A DNA stretch of 62,108 bases, from NCBI GenBank assembly GCA_902556355.1, contig CACDVW010000003.1, positions 1 to 62,108 of the forward strand, read 5' to 3'. This document shows, in pieces, positions 29,411 to 40,200 of this stretch. The notes below the pieces were generated by a model. The model was not told the DNA's origin, ran no database searches, and saw only the letters and a list, made by a program, of their open reading frames with translations. How positions within the stretch are numbered: the stretch's first letter is position 1; every line of letters starts with the position of its first letter. Origin of the DNA: an uncultured SAR86 cluster bacterium. GTDB taxonomy: Bacteria; Pseudomonadota; Gammaproteobacteria; Magnimaribacterales; D2472. The position numbers and the translations under genes are program-made.

Positions 29411-29605
29411 ATGACCAAAAGAAATTTAAGAGAGCAATTCATAGAAGGCTGGAATAAATTATTTGGTAGAGAAGAAGATAAAACAAAACTAAGAACACAA
29501 AGTCTTTTTAGAGCAAAGAATTCTGTCACCAATCTCAATGCTGGCACGCCTCATGACTGGGAAGACTTAAAAAAATATCAAGAAGAAGAAAAGAATTATG
29601 ACTAA
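29411..29605 (+). CDS. hypothetical charged protein, 64 aa
   Basis: ORF only. Its stop overlaps the downstream dehydrogenase start by 8 nt. Confidence 0.4.
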   Translation: MTKRNLREQFIEGWNKLFGREEDKTKLRTQSLFRAKNSVTNLNAGTPHDWEDLKKYQEEEKNYD

Positions 29606-30458
29606 TATAGGTTTTGTTGGCCTTGGCATAATGGGTGGACCTATGGCAAGTCATCTTAGCAATAATGCCTACAATCTTTCTGTTTTTAATAGATCTAAAG
29701 AGAAGTCAGAAAAATGGGCAATTGAAAACACAAAAGCAAGAGTTTGTTTTTCCTTAATGGATCTAGCAACAGATTGTGACATTATTATTCTATGCGTGAG
29801 AAATGATAATGATGTAAGACAGATTGTAGATAACATTAAAAATTTAATTAGGCCCGGAACAGTTGTTATTGACCATACAACCACTTCAGCCGAACTTGCA
29901 AAAGAGATGAATAACATTCTTGTCGAAAAGGAATCATATTTTCTAGATGCGCCAGTCTCAGGAGGTGAGGCAGGTGCTCAACAAGGAACCTTATCTGTTA
30001 TGGTTGGCGGAGATAAGAAGGTTTATATGTCAATAAAAGATGTTTTAGATTCATACTCTAAATTTTCAAAGTTTATGGGTCCGTCAGGATACGGACAATT
30101 AACAAAAATGGTTAATCAGATATGTATAGCTGGGCTAATACAATCATTTGCCGAAGGTTTACATTTTGCTAAAAAATCAAATTTAGATGTAAAAGACGTC
30201 ATAGATGTAATATCAAAAGGAGCTGCACAATCATGGCAAATGGAAAATAGATGGAAATCCATGATTGAAGATGAATATGAACACGGTTTTGCAGTTGATC
30301 TAATGAGAAAAGACTTAGACATAGTTCTGGAGCATGCGAATACCATAGATGCTAACTTAGAGATCACAGACATTGTTAATCGCTTTTACAAAGATATTCA
30401 AAATGCTGGTGGTGGAAAATGGGACACATCAAGCCTTTTAAGAAGACTAGAATTTTAG
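29598..30458 (+). CDS. NAD(P)-dependent 3-hydroxyisobutyrate dehydrogenase (HIBADH) family oxidoreductase
   Basis: IGFVGLGIMGGPMASHL, DAPVSGGEAGA, and a K in the MVNQ region. Confidence 0.9.
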   Translation: MTNIGFVGLGIMGGPMASHLSNNAYNLSVFNRSKEKSEKWAIENTKARVCFSLMDLATDCDIIILCVRNDNDVRQIVDNIKNLIRPGTVVIDHTTTSAELAKEMNNILVEKESYFLDAPVSGGEAGAQQGTLSVMVGGDKKVYMSIKDVLDSYSKFSKFMGPSGYGQLTKMVNQICIAGLIQSFAEGLHFAKKSNLDVKDVIDVISKGAAQSWQMENRWKSMIEDEYEHGFAVDLMRKDLDIVLEHANTIDANLEITDIVNRFYKDIQNAGGGKWDTSSLLRRLEF

Positions 30459-30823
30459 ATAAGAATTCTTGAAACTAAAGCCATACCTGCGTATATCAAG
30501 AACGTTATAACAACAGCATTTTCTACCATTTCACTATCTAGATTAATCGACTCTTCTGCCATTTGATAAAAACTCCCTGGGCTTGCTACAAGCCATGCAA
30601 TACCAATGAGATGAAGGAACATTAAAATTGCAACAATCCAATTAAGGGGGTTGCTAGTAAAAACAATAAGTGATGTAAGTATTAAATAGAATATTTCAGT
30701 TGAAAGATAAACAGCAATATTTTTTCTTTTCCAAATATATCTTAGAAAACTATAACCAGTTTTATTTGTATAAAAATATAAAACAGCAGAAAGAACATAT
30801 ATAAAACTTAGAAAAATTATCAT
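30455..30823 (-). CDS. membrane protein, unknown function
   Basis: Four hydrophobic helices. Confidence 0.5.
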   Translation of the reverse strand: MIIFLSFIYVLSAVLYFYTNKTGYSFLRYIWKRKNIAVYLSTEIFYLILTSLIVFTSNPLNWIVAILMFLHLIGIAWLVASPGSFYQMAEESINLDSEMVENAVVITFLIYAGMALVSRILI

Positions 30824-30973
30824 TTAATGATGTGGCGGTTTTTCATATTTAATGGGTGGAAATTGAGACTTTTTGTTTTCTTTTTTATATCTCTCATACC
30901 TAGAAGTGACATCAGCACAATCCTCAGTTGCAGATGGAGCAATATCTTTAGGATCTTTTGTTTTATCTTTCAT
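30824..30973 (-). CDS. possible small basic protein (about 49 aa from an internal Met of track ORF 30824..31066)
   Basis: The long form overlaps the MazG-like gene by 86 nt. The Met at 30973 starts just downstream of that gene's stop. Confidence 0.25.
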   Translation of the reverse strand: MKDKTKDPKDIAPSATEDCADVTSRYERYKKENKKSQFPPIKYEKPPHH

Positions 30974-30980
30974 CTGAGAT

Positions 30981-31397
30981 TTATAAATCTCCCTCTTTTC
31001 TAACTTCACTTCTTTGAACCTCAAACTTTTCCCCATATCGTGCTTCAAGCTTTTTTTGATTTTCACTAATTACTTCATATGGATCTAATCCCAAAGAGGC
31101 GCATGCTGTTGTCCAATACCAGATGATATCTCCTAGCTCCCTTTTCATGTGGAAGATATTTTCTTCAGAAGCTGGCTTTCCTTGAAGAATCATTTTTTTT
31201 ACTATTTCAACAAACTCACCAGATTCGCTTCCAAGACCAAGGGCAGCCGTCAACAACCTGGGTATTTTTACATTAGAGCTTGATTCAATTTCATCCATAC
31301 TTTTTTTAAGCGCTTCCATATCTAAACTTGGCTCACTAGTAACTTTTGTAACAAAGTCACTGTAGGTTGTAAAAAAATCTTTAACTTCTTGACTCAT
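30981..31397 (-). CDS. MazG-like nucleotide pyrophosphohydrolase family protein
   Basis: GLGSESGEFVEIVKK and ELGDIIWYW match the EEXXE/D-type MazG helices. Confidence 0.75.
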   Translation of the reverse strand: MSQEVKDFFTTYSDFVTKVTSEPSLDMEALKKSMDEIESSSNVKIPRLLTAALGLGSESGEFVEIVKKMILQGKPASEENIFHMKRELGDIIWYWTTACASLGLDPYEVISENQKKLEARYGEKFEVQRSEVRKEGDL

Positions 31398-31417
31398 AAA
31401 AAACTCCTCTTTAAATG

Positions 31418-32260
31418 CTATTTAATTTTTAATGATCTTTGGCTATCAACTATGTTGTACAAATGCTCTTGTGCTTCTGGTTTTAGCTGAGCTATTCCCA
31501 TAGTCATTACATCTATTACCGCTGTATATGCAATCCTTGACGTATGAGGTTTAGTAATTCTGTAATTATCACCAACGTTAATACTTATTGGATAATCACA
31601 AATGTTTGCAAGAGGGGAGTTTTCAGGCATGATTCCTATGACTTTAACTCCTGACTTACGAACAATTTTTACACTATCAATAAGAGCTGAAGTGGTTCCT
31701 GATTGAGAGATAGCCAAGACAACATCTTCTTTTGAAAGTGAATTGGCTGACATTAATTGTATATGAGGGTCCGAAATAAATGATGATGATATTTTTAGTC
31801 TAAAAAATTTGTGTTGCGCATCCATAGCAACAGGAGCTGAGCCGCCAAAAGCATATACCTCAACTCTTTTAGCATTTGCTAATGCTTCTATTGCTGATTC
31901 AAGAACATCTTGATTGATTTGCGATCTAACATTCAATATTTCACTGATAGTTGTATCAAATACCTTTTCACAAAGCTCATGGATGCTATCATCCTCTTCG
32001 ATCTCATACATAACAAAATAATCATCTGCTGCAAGTTGTTGCGATAGATTAATTTTAAATTCTTGATAACCAGAAAAACCAAGAGCTTTACAAAATCTTA
32101 TTAACGTTGGTTCACTTATGCCCATCGCAGAAGAAGCTTCAGCGGTTTTCATGGTAATTACTGATTTTGGATCTTTTAGAACAAAATCTGCGACCAATCT
32201 TTCAGATTTTCTTAATTCTGGAAGAGTATTTTTAATTTGTCTCAATAATTTTGTTGGCAT
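31418..32260 (-). CDS. MurR/RpiR family transcriptional regulator (HTH + SIS domain)
   Basis: SEPTLIRFCKALGFSGYQEFK forms the HTH. AISQSGTTS is SIS-like. Confidence 0.9.
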   Translation of the reverse strand: MPTKLLRQIKNTLPELRKSERLVADFVLKDPKSVITMKTAEASSAMGISEPTLIRFCKALGFSGYQEFKINLSQQLAADDYFVMYEIEEDDSIHELCEKVFDTTISEILNVRSQINQDVLESAIEALANAKRVEVYAFGGSAPVAMDAQHKFFRLKISSSFISDPHIQLMSANSLSKEDVVLAISQSGTTSALIDSVKIVRKSGVKVIGIMPENSPLANICDYPISINVGDNYRITKPHTSRIAYTAVIDVMTMGIAQLKPEAQEHLYNIVDSQRSLKIK

Positions 32261-32302
32261 AAGGTTAGAATATCTCTCTTAAGCAAAAAAATGAATCCCT
32301 AA

Positions 32303-34477
32303 ATGGACGTATCACACATTTTAGAACATCTTAATGATCAACAGCGATCAGCGGTGACGTCTGAAAAACAGCATTTGATGGTATTAGCTGGAGCCGGATC
32401 AGGAAAGACACGAGTCTTGGTTCACAAGATTGCATGGGAAGTTGAGGCACTTAGAAGAAATCCTGCATCCATTATGGCAGTAACCTTTACAAATAAGGCC
32501 GCACTAGAAATGCGATCAAGAATTGAGGAGTTATTGGAAGCTCCGATGATGGATGGTTGGGTGGGAACTTTTCATGGGCTTGCTCATAGAATGCTTAAAA
32601 GGTTTCATAAAGAAGCTGGATTAAGTAGCAGTTTTACAATTTTAGATGCAGATGATCAACTAAGAATTATAAAAAGAATTTCCAAAGAAGCAGGTTTAGA
32701 TGAATCTGTCTGGCCGTCTCGTCAAAGTCAATGGCAAATAAATGCATGGAAAGATGAGGGATTTAGAAGCGAATCTGTAGATGATAAGGGCGATTATTTT
32801 AAAGAAAATATTAACAAAATATATAAAGAGTATGAGAAAGCATGCTTGAGAGATAATCTTGTTGATTTTGGTGAACTATTATTGAGATCATATGAGGTAA
32901 TTCGTGATAACGAGTCTGTAAAGTCTTTCTTTCACTCTAGATTTAAATCAATATTAGTTGACGAGTTTCAAGATACCAATACTATTCAATACAATTGGCT
33001 TCTTGAAATAGCTTCAGAAAAAGCATCAATAACAGCAGTCGGAGATGATGATCAATCTATTTATGGATGGCGTGGTGCCAAAGTTGAAAATGTAGAATCA
33101 TTTACAAAAACTTTTGATACAGCAGAGATTATAAGATTAGAACAAAATTATAGATCTACAAATATTATCTTAGGAGCGGCAAACGCTTTAATCGAAAACA
33201 ATACTGATAGGCTTGGTAAAAATCTTTGGACCGACAAACTTGAAGGAGAGCAAATTATTTTATACCAGGCATACAACGAACAAGATGAGGCTAGATATGT
33301 TGCCGACATTTTAAAAGATTGGATGAACAAAGGAGAAATGTATTCTGATGCAGCTGTCTTATATAGATCTAATGCTCAATCAAGAGCCCTTGAAGAGGCG
33401 CTGCTTAGATCAAGCATACCTTACAGAATATATGGCGGCCAAAGATTCTATGAAAGAATGGAAATCAAAAATGCTATTGCTTATCTGAAAATTATTTTTA
33501 ACAACTCAGACAATCCTGCATTTGAGAGATCAATATCAAATCCCACAAGAGGTGTTGGAGAAAAAACTTTAGCAAAGATTCGTTCTACCGCAACTAAATA
33601 TAATATTTCATACATCAAAGCATCAGCTAAATTACTTGATGAGGGCGCAATATCTGGAAGGGGCGGAGCCGGTTTAAAATCTTATTTAGAATTTATTGCC
33701 AGATGTAAAGAATTTATAGAAGAGAACACTCTTTCAGATTTAATGGAAGAAATAATTAAAACCTCTGGATTGGTTGCTTATCATGCAAAAGAACCAGGCG
33801 AGAAAGGCAAAACAAGAGTAGAGAATCTAGAAGAACTAGTTTCTGCAACTACAAACTTTGAACAAAGCATTAGAGAACAAAAAACAAATATTGAAATTGC
33901 AGAAGATTATCTAGATATGATCTCTCTAGATTCTGGAGATAGACAGGCTTCAGAGCATGATGATGCTGCTCAACTTATGACAATGCATTCAGCAAAGGGA
34001 TTAGAGTTTAAATTAGTTTTAATGACTGGCCTTGAAGAAACTTTATTTCCTCATGGCCGATCAATGGAAAATCCAGGACAGCTGCAAGAAGAGAGAAGAC
34101 TTTGTTATGTTGGTATTACTAGAGCAATGGAAAAACTTTATATAACTCATGCAGAGTCAAGAAGATTGCACGGCTCAGATACTTTTAATCCACCGTCAAG
34201 ATTTATAAAAGAAATCCCTAAAGAGCTTATTAATGAGATTAGACCTAGAGCACAGACGCACATACCTTATAATAGGAAAGACTTTAAAGAAACCAAGCTT
34301 GAGTTTGAGGATGAGATTGGCATATCACTCGGGCAAAGAGTTATGCATAAATCTTTTGGTGAAGGCGTTGTTCTAAATTATGAAGGCTCGGGTGAAGCCG
34401 CAAGAGTCCAGATTAATTTCGATCAAGCAGGAACAAAGTGGTTAGTTATGGCTTACGCAAATTTAGAGAAACTATGA
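32303..34477 (+). CDS. uvrD: DNA helicase II UvrD
   Basis: LNDQQRSAV, AGAGSGKTRVL, LVDEFQDTN, NYRST, TMHSAKGLEF and CYVGITRA. Confidence 0.97.
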   Translation: MDVSHILEHLNDQQRSAVTSEKQHLMVLAGAGSGKTRVLVHKIAWEVEALRRNPASIMAVTFTNKAALEMRSRIEELLEAPMMDGWVGTFHGLAHRMLKRFHKEAGLSSSFTILDADDQLRIIKRISKEAGLDESVWPSRQSQWQINAWKDEGFRSESVDDKGDYFKENINKIYKEYEKACLRDNLVDFGELLLRSYEVIRDNESVKSFFHSRFKSILVDEFQDTNTIQYNWLLEIASEKASITAVGDDDQSIYGWRGAKVENVESFTKTFDTAEIIRLEQNYRSTNIILGAANALIENNTDRLGKNLWTDKLEGEQIILYQAYNEQDEARYVADILKDWMNKGEMYSDAAVLYRSNAQSRALEEALLRSSIPYRIYGGQRFYERMEIKNAIAYLKIIFNNSDNPAFERSISNPTRGVGEKTLAKIRSTATKYNISYIKASAKLLDEGAISGRGGAGLKSYLEFIARCKEFIEENTLSDLMEEIIKTSGLVAYHAKEPGEKGKTRVENLEELVSATTNFEQSIREQKTNIEIAEDYLDMISLDSGDRQASEHDDAAQLMTMHSAKGLEFKLVLMTGLEETLFPHGRSMENPGQLQEERRLCYVGITRAMEKLYITHAESRRLHGSDTFNPPSRFIKEIPKELINEIRPRAQTHIPYNRKDFKETKLEFEDEIGISLGQRVMHKSFGEGVVLNYEGSGEAARVQINFDQAGTKWLVMAYANLEKL

Positions 34478-35562
34478 TGAAAAAAATTTTAACGTTTGTT
34501 TTATTGATTGGATTAATTTCTGGCTGTTCTGGTGAACAAGAGTCATCCAACTCTGCGGATGCTGAATATAAAACATACAAATGGAGGCTCGTTACATCCT
34601 GGCCAAAAAATTATCCAGGCCTTGGAATGGCTCCTGAGAAAATAGCCAATCTTGTTGAAGAGATGAGCAATGGCCAAATGCAGATAACTGTCTATGGTGC
34701 AGGCGAACAGGTTCCTGCTTTCGGGGTCTTTGATGCTGTTTCAAGCGGATCACATCAAATGGGTCATAGTGGAGGGTATTTTTGGAAAGGAAAAGTTCCT
34801 GCTGCTCAGTTTTTTACTAGCGTTCCTTTTGGATTAACAGCAGATGAAATTAATGCTTGGGTAAACAGAGGTGGCGGTTTAGAGTTATGGAGAGAAATAT
34901 ACGAACCCTTCAATATTTATCCTATTCCTGCTGGAAACACTGGAACCCAAATGTTTGGTTGGTTTAACAAAGAAATTAATTCATTGGAGGACGTCAAGGG
35001 TCTTAAAATGCGTATTCCAGGAATCGGAGGAGAGGTTTTAAAAGAAGCAGGCGGAATTCCAGTAACTCTTCCTGGAGGAGAATTATTTACAGCGCTTCAA
35101 ACAGGTGTGATTGATGCTACCGAATGGGTTGGACCATACAATGATCTTACCTTTGGTTTTCATCAAGCTGCAAAATATTACTATTATCCCGGTTGGCACG
35201 AACCTGGACCGATGCTAGAGCTACTAATCAACATGGATGCTTGGAATAGTCTTCCAAAACATCTTCAAGTAATAATCGAAACAGCCACTAAGGCGGTAAA
35301 TCAAGACACCTTAGATGAGTACTTGGCAAGAAATAACCAAGCGCTAACCGAGCTAGTTGAAGTTCATGGTGTTGAGTTGAGAAAACTACCAGATGACGTT
35401 ATTGAAGAATTTAGAGCTATTTCAAATGAAATATTAAGCGATTTAGCAGAAGAAGATGAGGTAATTGGCAAGGTTTATGATTCATATATTGAGTTTAAAA
35501 ATAACGTTACCGAATATCATAAGATTTCTGAAGATTCATTCATTGAAGCTAGAAATAAATAG
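34474..35562 (+). CDS. dctP: TRAP transporter substrate-binding protein (COG4663-like DctP family)
   Basis: The start at Met13 of the track ORF overlaps the uvrD stop (ATGATG). Lipobox-like LISGC, then YKWRLVTSWPKN and GGYFWKGK blocks. Confidence 0.85.
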   Translation: MMKKILTFVLLIGLISGCSGEQESSNSADAEYKTYKWRLVTSWPKNYPGLGMAPEKIANLVEEMSNGQMQITVYGAGEQVPAFGVFDAVSSGSHQMGHSGGYFWKGKVPAAQFFTSVPFGLTADEINAWVNRGGGLELWREIYEPFNIYPIPAGNTGTQMFGWFNKEINSLEDVKGLKMRIPGIGGEVLKEAGGIPVTLPGGELFTALQTGVIDATEWVGPYNDLTFGFHQAAKYYYYPGWHEPGPMLELLINMDAWNSLPKHLQVIIETATKAVNQDTLDEYLARNNQALTELVEVHGVELRKLPDDVIEEFRAISNEILSDLAEEDEVIGKVYDSYIEFKNNVTEYHKISEDSFIEARNK

Positions 35563-36164
35563 TGTCTGAAAATTTAAGTTTTAAATCATTGGGTTGTTGC
35601 GAGTATGGTGAAACTCTTCACATGATGAAATCTCATGTTAGCAATGAAGATTTTAAAAATGAAATTTGGTTTTTAGAACATCCGCCAATTTTTACTTTAG
35701 GTACTGCAGCTGATCAAAAACATATTTTAAATGCTGGAGATATTCCTATTTTTCAATCAGATAGAGGCGGGGAAGTTACCTATCATGGCCCTGGCCAGTT
35801 AGTAATATACTTTTTACTTGATATAAAAAATTCTAGTCTAGGACCTAAGACTCTTGTAAAAACCCTCCAAGAGTTTACGAAATCCTTATTGGGACATTAC
35901 TCAATAGATTCTAACTTTATTGAAGGTGCTCCAGGTGTGTATGTTGATAAAAAGAAAATTGCTTCGATAGGACTTAGGATTTCAAAAGGAAAGACCTATC
36001 ACGGCATAAGCATAAATGTAGATATGGATCTGAAGCCATTTAGTCTAATTAATCCTTGTGGCTATGAAGGACTCGAGGTAGCACAAATAAAAGACTATAA
36101 AAACAATGTTTCAATTAAAGATGTTGAGAGTCTTGCAATTCAACTTTTAGAGCCTATATTTTAG
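35562..36164 (+). CDS. lipB: octanoyltransferase LipB
   Basis: GTG start. [24 protein letters not shown] and catalytic region PCG. Confidence 0.9.
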   Translation: MSENLSFKSLGCCEYGETLHMMKSHVSNEDFKNEIWFLEHPPIFTLGTAADQKHILNAGDIPIFQSDRGGEVTYHGPGQLVIYFLLDIKNSSLGPKTLVKTLQEFTKSLLGHYSIDSNFIEGAPGVYVDKKKIASIGLRISKGKTYHGISINVDMDLKPFSLINPCGYEGLEVAQIKDYKNNVSIKDVESLAIQLLEPIF

Positions 36165-36166
36165 GT

Positions 36167-37129
36167 ATGGAAATCATTCCAACAAAAAAAATCATCAATA
36201 GAGATGGTGTTAAAGCTGTTAAGAATGGCCAAAAGGGCAATCAATATTCTCATATTCCAAATCTAAAAAAACCTGAATGGCTTAAAGTTAAAGCTCAATT
36301 TAATCCAAATTTCCACAAAATAAAAAATCAGGTAAACGAAAAGAGATTGAATACAGTCTGTGAAGAGGCTCATTGTCCAAATATATCTGAATGCTGGTCA
36401 GCAGGCACGGCAACATTTATGTTGATGGGCTCTGTTTGTACAAGAGCATGTAAATTTTGTTCAGTAGATACTGGTAACCCCAAAGGCTGGTTAGATTCTG
36501 AAGAACCATTAAACACCGCTAAGGCTGTTCAAATAATGAAATTAAAATATGTTGTTTTAACATCTGTTAATAGAGATGACCTGCCTGATGGAGGTGCAAA
36601 ACATTTTGCAGATACAGTAAAACTTATAAAAGACCTTAATCCTGGTACTGCAGTTGAAGCTCTCACACCAGACTTCAAGGGTCTGTCATCTTCAATAGAT
36701 ACTATTGTTAACTGTGGTTTAGAAGTTTTTGCACAAAATATTGAAACAGTTGAAAGACTTACCCATCCGGTGAGAGATATTCGAGCTGGCTATCAACAAA
36801 CTTTAGATGTTTTAGCTGAATCAAAAAAAATTAATCCTAAAGTCTTAACAAAAACCAGTCTCATTCTTGGTCTTGGTGAAACAGATGAAGAGATAGAACA
36901 AACCATGGACGACCTAATAGCTAATAAAGTAGATATTCTAACAATTGGACAATATCTAAGACCAACCCTAAACCATCTACCTATTGAAAGATGGGTAACT
37001 CCAGAGGAATTTGAAGCCTATAGAGAGATTGGATTAAAAAAAGGATTCTTGGAAGTTGTCTCAGGACCTATGGTCAGATCTAGCTACAGAGCTGAAAGAG
37101 CATTAGAAAAAAATAATGCTGGACTTTAA
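36167..37129 (+). CDS. lipA: lipoyl synthase LipA
   Basis: [12 protein letters not shown] and the radical-SAM cluster CTRACKFC. Confidence 0.97.
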   Translation: MEIIPTKKIINRDGVKAVKNGQKGNQYSHIPNLKKPEWLKVKAQFNPNFHKIKNQVNEKRLNTVCEEAHCPNISECWSAGTATFMLMGSVCTRACKFCSVDTGNPKGWLDSEEPLNTAKAVQIMKLKYVVLTSVNRDDLPDGGAKHFADTVKLIKDLNPGTAVEALTPDFKGLSSSIDTIVNCGLEVFAQNIETVERLTHPVRDIRAGYQQTLDVLAESKKINPKVLTKTSLILGLGETDEEIEQTMDDLIANKVDILTIGQYLRPTLNHLPIERWVTPEEFEAYREIGLKKGFLEVVSGPMVRSSYRAERALEKNNAGL

Positions 37130-37247
37130 TTAGGCTTTAAATTTTCTATCAGCTTCAAATTTTTTGTTTTTAAATTTATTGCTTCTGTTTTTTATTGTCA
37201 GTCGATATCTTTATTGATTTTTTAGGAAATATGGATTTTGGAATGGC

Positions 37248-40200
37248 CTAAAAATTTATATCTTCTTCTTGAGCTGTTAAAGAATTAAATCCTAAATTTC
37301 GAACATGTACGTTAGGATAGTGTAATTTTTTTAAATTTCTATATCCCATACTTGTTCTAAGATATTCAATAAAGGCCTTTTTTTCAATACAATCAACACC
37401 ATCAATCTTTTTAATTTTAATTGAGTTAGCTCTTAAAATTTTTAACAATGGCCTGTATTTAATATCGTTTTGATATTTAGGTTTTGTATTTTTTGTAAGA
37501 TAGTCAGAAAGTTCATTTAAGCTACTTATGCTGTGTGTTGTATTACTTTTTCTATATAGAAAATTGGCATCTTGTTTGGTTATATAACTTCTTTCATTAA
37601 AAGAGAACCTATAATCAGCTTGTTTGAAATTGTCATTAATCTCATAGAGATCATATTTTTCTATGAGATTAATATATTTTTTAATCGCTTTTAAGTGATT
37701 TAATGCCTCCCATGTCCCAATTAATGCCTCTAATGGGTATGTGAGTGAAGCCTGTAAAGGAAAAAAACCTACATTTCTTTGAGCAGTTTCTTCTTCAAAG
37801 GTATTAATTATCTTGTCAAAGACTTTTTCATATACCTTTATAAGTGAATTAATTTCATTGTGTATTGTAGTGAATGTTTCTTCTTTATTTTGTATAAAGG
37901 TAAAATCATTATCATTTATTTTATTTTGTAATATATCCAGACTCAAAGGATGTATTTTCTCTTCTTGGGAGTCCCATAAATAGATAAAGTTATTTGTATT
38001 AAATTCGTTTTCCACTGACTTCGAAAACTTGTTTCTTTGACCAGCAAAGTTTGCCATTTTGCTTACTTCATTAGTGCTGACAGAATAAGCAAAAAATCCT
38101 TCTAAAAACGAGATTACTTTAAAAAAACTATCTGCTACACCGTAAAAAGCTCTATGAAAGTTTATAGTTTTTTGAATATTTACAAAATTTTGAATAATTT
38201 CCCAACTAAGAAGTTCTTCAGACAATGCTCCATTTTTTCTTAACCCATGAAGCCTTTTTGTAATTGCTATATCTAAGTCATTGGCTAATGTATTATCTAG
38301 CTGAATAAGACTGACAATATTTAAAACTGAATCAACAATATCATTGTCCCAAATATCCGAATATATTATTTTTAGGGAGAATATTCTTTCTAAAGAGGTA
38401 TTCTTATAATTAGGATAGTAAAAAAATTTTTTGGCTCTTCCTCGTGCAAATATTTTAGTTCTATTGCCATCATTTTTCTCTAAATTATTCATTTCCTCCC
38501 AAACTAGCCACCGTCTTAATTTTTGTATAATAGCGTTTAGCCTATCTTGTATTTTTTGCCTCTTCTTATCATCTTTTATATTTTTTTCTAGCTCCTTCTC
38601 CGTATCATTAAGAATTTGATATAGTGCCTTCATTTCTTTGCCATCATTTTTATATGAATCCGTTAAAAATCTATTTAAATAATTACCTCTTCTTGGAAAG
38701 TTTAAATCTCGCTGCAACACCTGTTGCTGGATATGTAAGCAACTATTGATAAATTCTTCTTTGCTCATATCGCTTTTTGATAAGCCATCTTCTTTAGCAA
38801 TGCGCGGAGAAAGATATTTTTTACTAAATTTTAAATTCAATCTATTTTTCTTTGGTTTTTTTGGAAGTTTTTCATATTCCTGGCCTAACCATTTTTTTTT
38901 CTTTTTCATTTCGATATCAAGCTTATCCCAAAGCATTCTTACTTTTTTTTCTGGTGAAAGATCACCCTTCAATGTATCACTAACAAATTCCTTATAAATA
39001 GTTACAAAATCATTTTTTACTCTTTCATTAGTTTTATTTTTGTACTCTTTAAGTATTTTCTTAAATCTCTTTGTTGTTCGATCTTTTTGAGCAGGATGAT
39101 TTTCGAAATTTTCATAATATGATTGACAAAAATCTAATTGTTCAGCTTTAAGCCATTCGTTAATGTTTGATATTTTGCTTGGATTCGCCTCAATATTTTT
39201 TTTAAAATCATCCAATGCGTTTTTTATTAATTTTTCTTTAGCAAATAATGAGTTTTTTGCTTCAGCATTAACTTGTCTTACATTTTCATTTCCAACACCA
39301 ATAGACTTTTGATCTCTTAATAATATCTTTTCTTGCTGGATACTTTTCCATACCCTTTTGTGAAGATGATTACTGTTTTCAAACACTAGTGGGTCTAAAT
39401 ACCTTCTTGGGAAAAGGTAGTCGTTTGGCATTGAGATATTTAAAGTCATATGTCTTACAAAAGAATCATTATTCGGAGAATAAAATTTACCAGCATCTGT
39501 TATTAAGGTTCTTTTAGAGGCTTCGAGCTGTCCCTTAATAAATTGAAAAGATTCATTAATATTTACTGGCTTAGTATATTTTTTTAATATTGAAAATATC
39601 CTCTTATAATTTTTATTTTGAGAGTCTAAATAATTAAGCATGCAGCTACCAATAGCCCATTGAATAGTTAGTTCAACCGCCTCTGATACAGATTTAAGTG
39701 ATCTTGAATAAATTTTTTTAAATTTCTTTTCTGAATTAAGTGGGAAATCTAAATATCTAAAATACTTATCAACATTAACTATAAAATCGCCTGATACTAA
39801 ATAGTCGGATCCGCCTAGCGTCCTATATTTTTTATCTGTCCAGAATTTTGTCTTAAAATTATTTTTTGAGAAAAATTCATGTAATTTCTTTCTATTTTTG
39901 TCAGTATTTTTAAACCTATACAACCATAAACCTTTATCTTTTATCTGATCGTTTAAATGATTGTTTTTTAAACTATATTTAACCCGTTTTTCTTGAGAGC
40001 TATCTAACTTATACCATTCAGCATCCAATATTAAGTCTTTAGATGTGATTTTTCTGCTAATCCTCCTTAAGAAAAGGTATTTCCATTTATTTTTTGATAA
40101 CACTTTTGCGTTAATAAAACCATTAAATTTACCTCTCCCAACAAAAGATTTTTTGATAGTTACATCAAATATATTTTTACGAATAGTATTTTTATTTTTA

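Noticed and set aside
30974-31066. Long form of ORF 30824..31066, overlapping the MazG-like gene by 86 nt.
   Set aside because: An overlap that long on the same strand is unlikely. An internal Met just past the MazG stop gives a non-overlapping but still weakly supported 49-aa ORF.
37320-37553. Two Rx5H strings near the C-terminus of the 1249-aa protein (RKSNTTH at aa 1149-1155 and RNLKKLH at aa 1220-1226), which raised the idea of a Cas13-like dual-HEPN RNase of the right size.
   Set aside because: Both motifs lie in the last 100 residues rather than one near each end. No N-terminal R[NHQ]xxxH motif was found. No CRISPR array or repeat lies nearby, and such short patterns are expected by chance in a 1249-aa Lys/Asn-rich protein.
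38431-38997. Plus-strand ORFs 38431..38619 and 38746..38997, and likewise 42722..42991, 43954..44311 and 45978..46193 elsewhere in the island.
   Set aside because: They are antisense or alternate-frame ORFs nested in much longer ORFs. Their Phe/Ser/Leu-rich translations are what a Lys/Glu/Asn-rich gene gives on the opposite strand.
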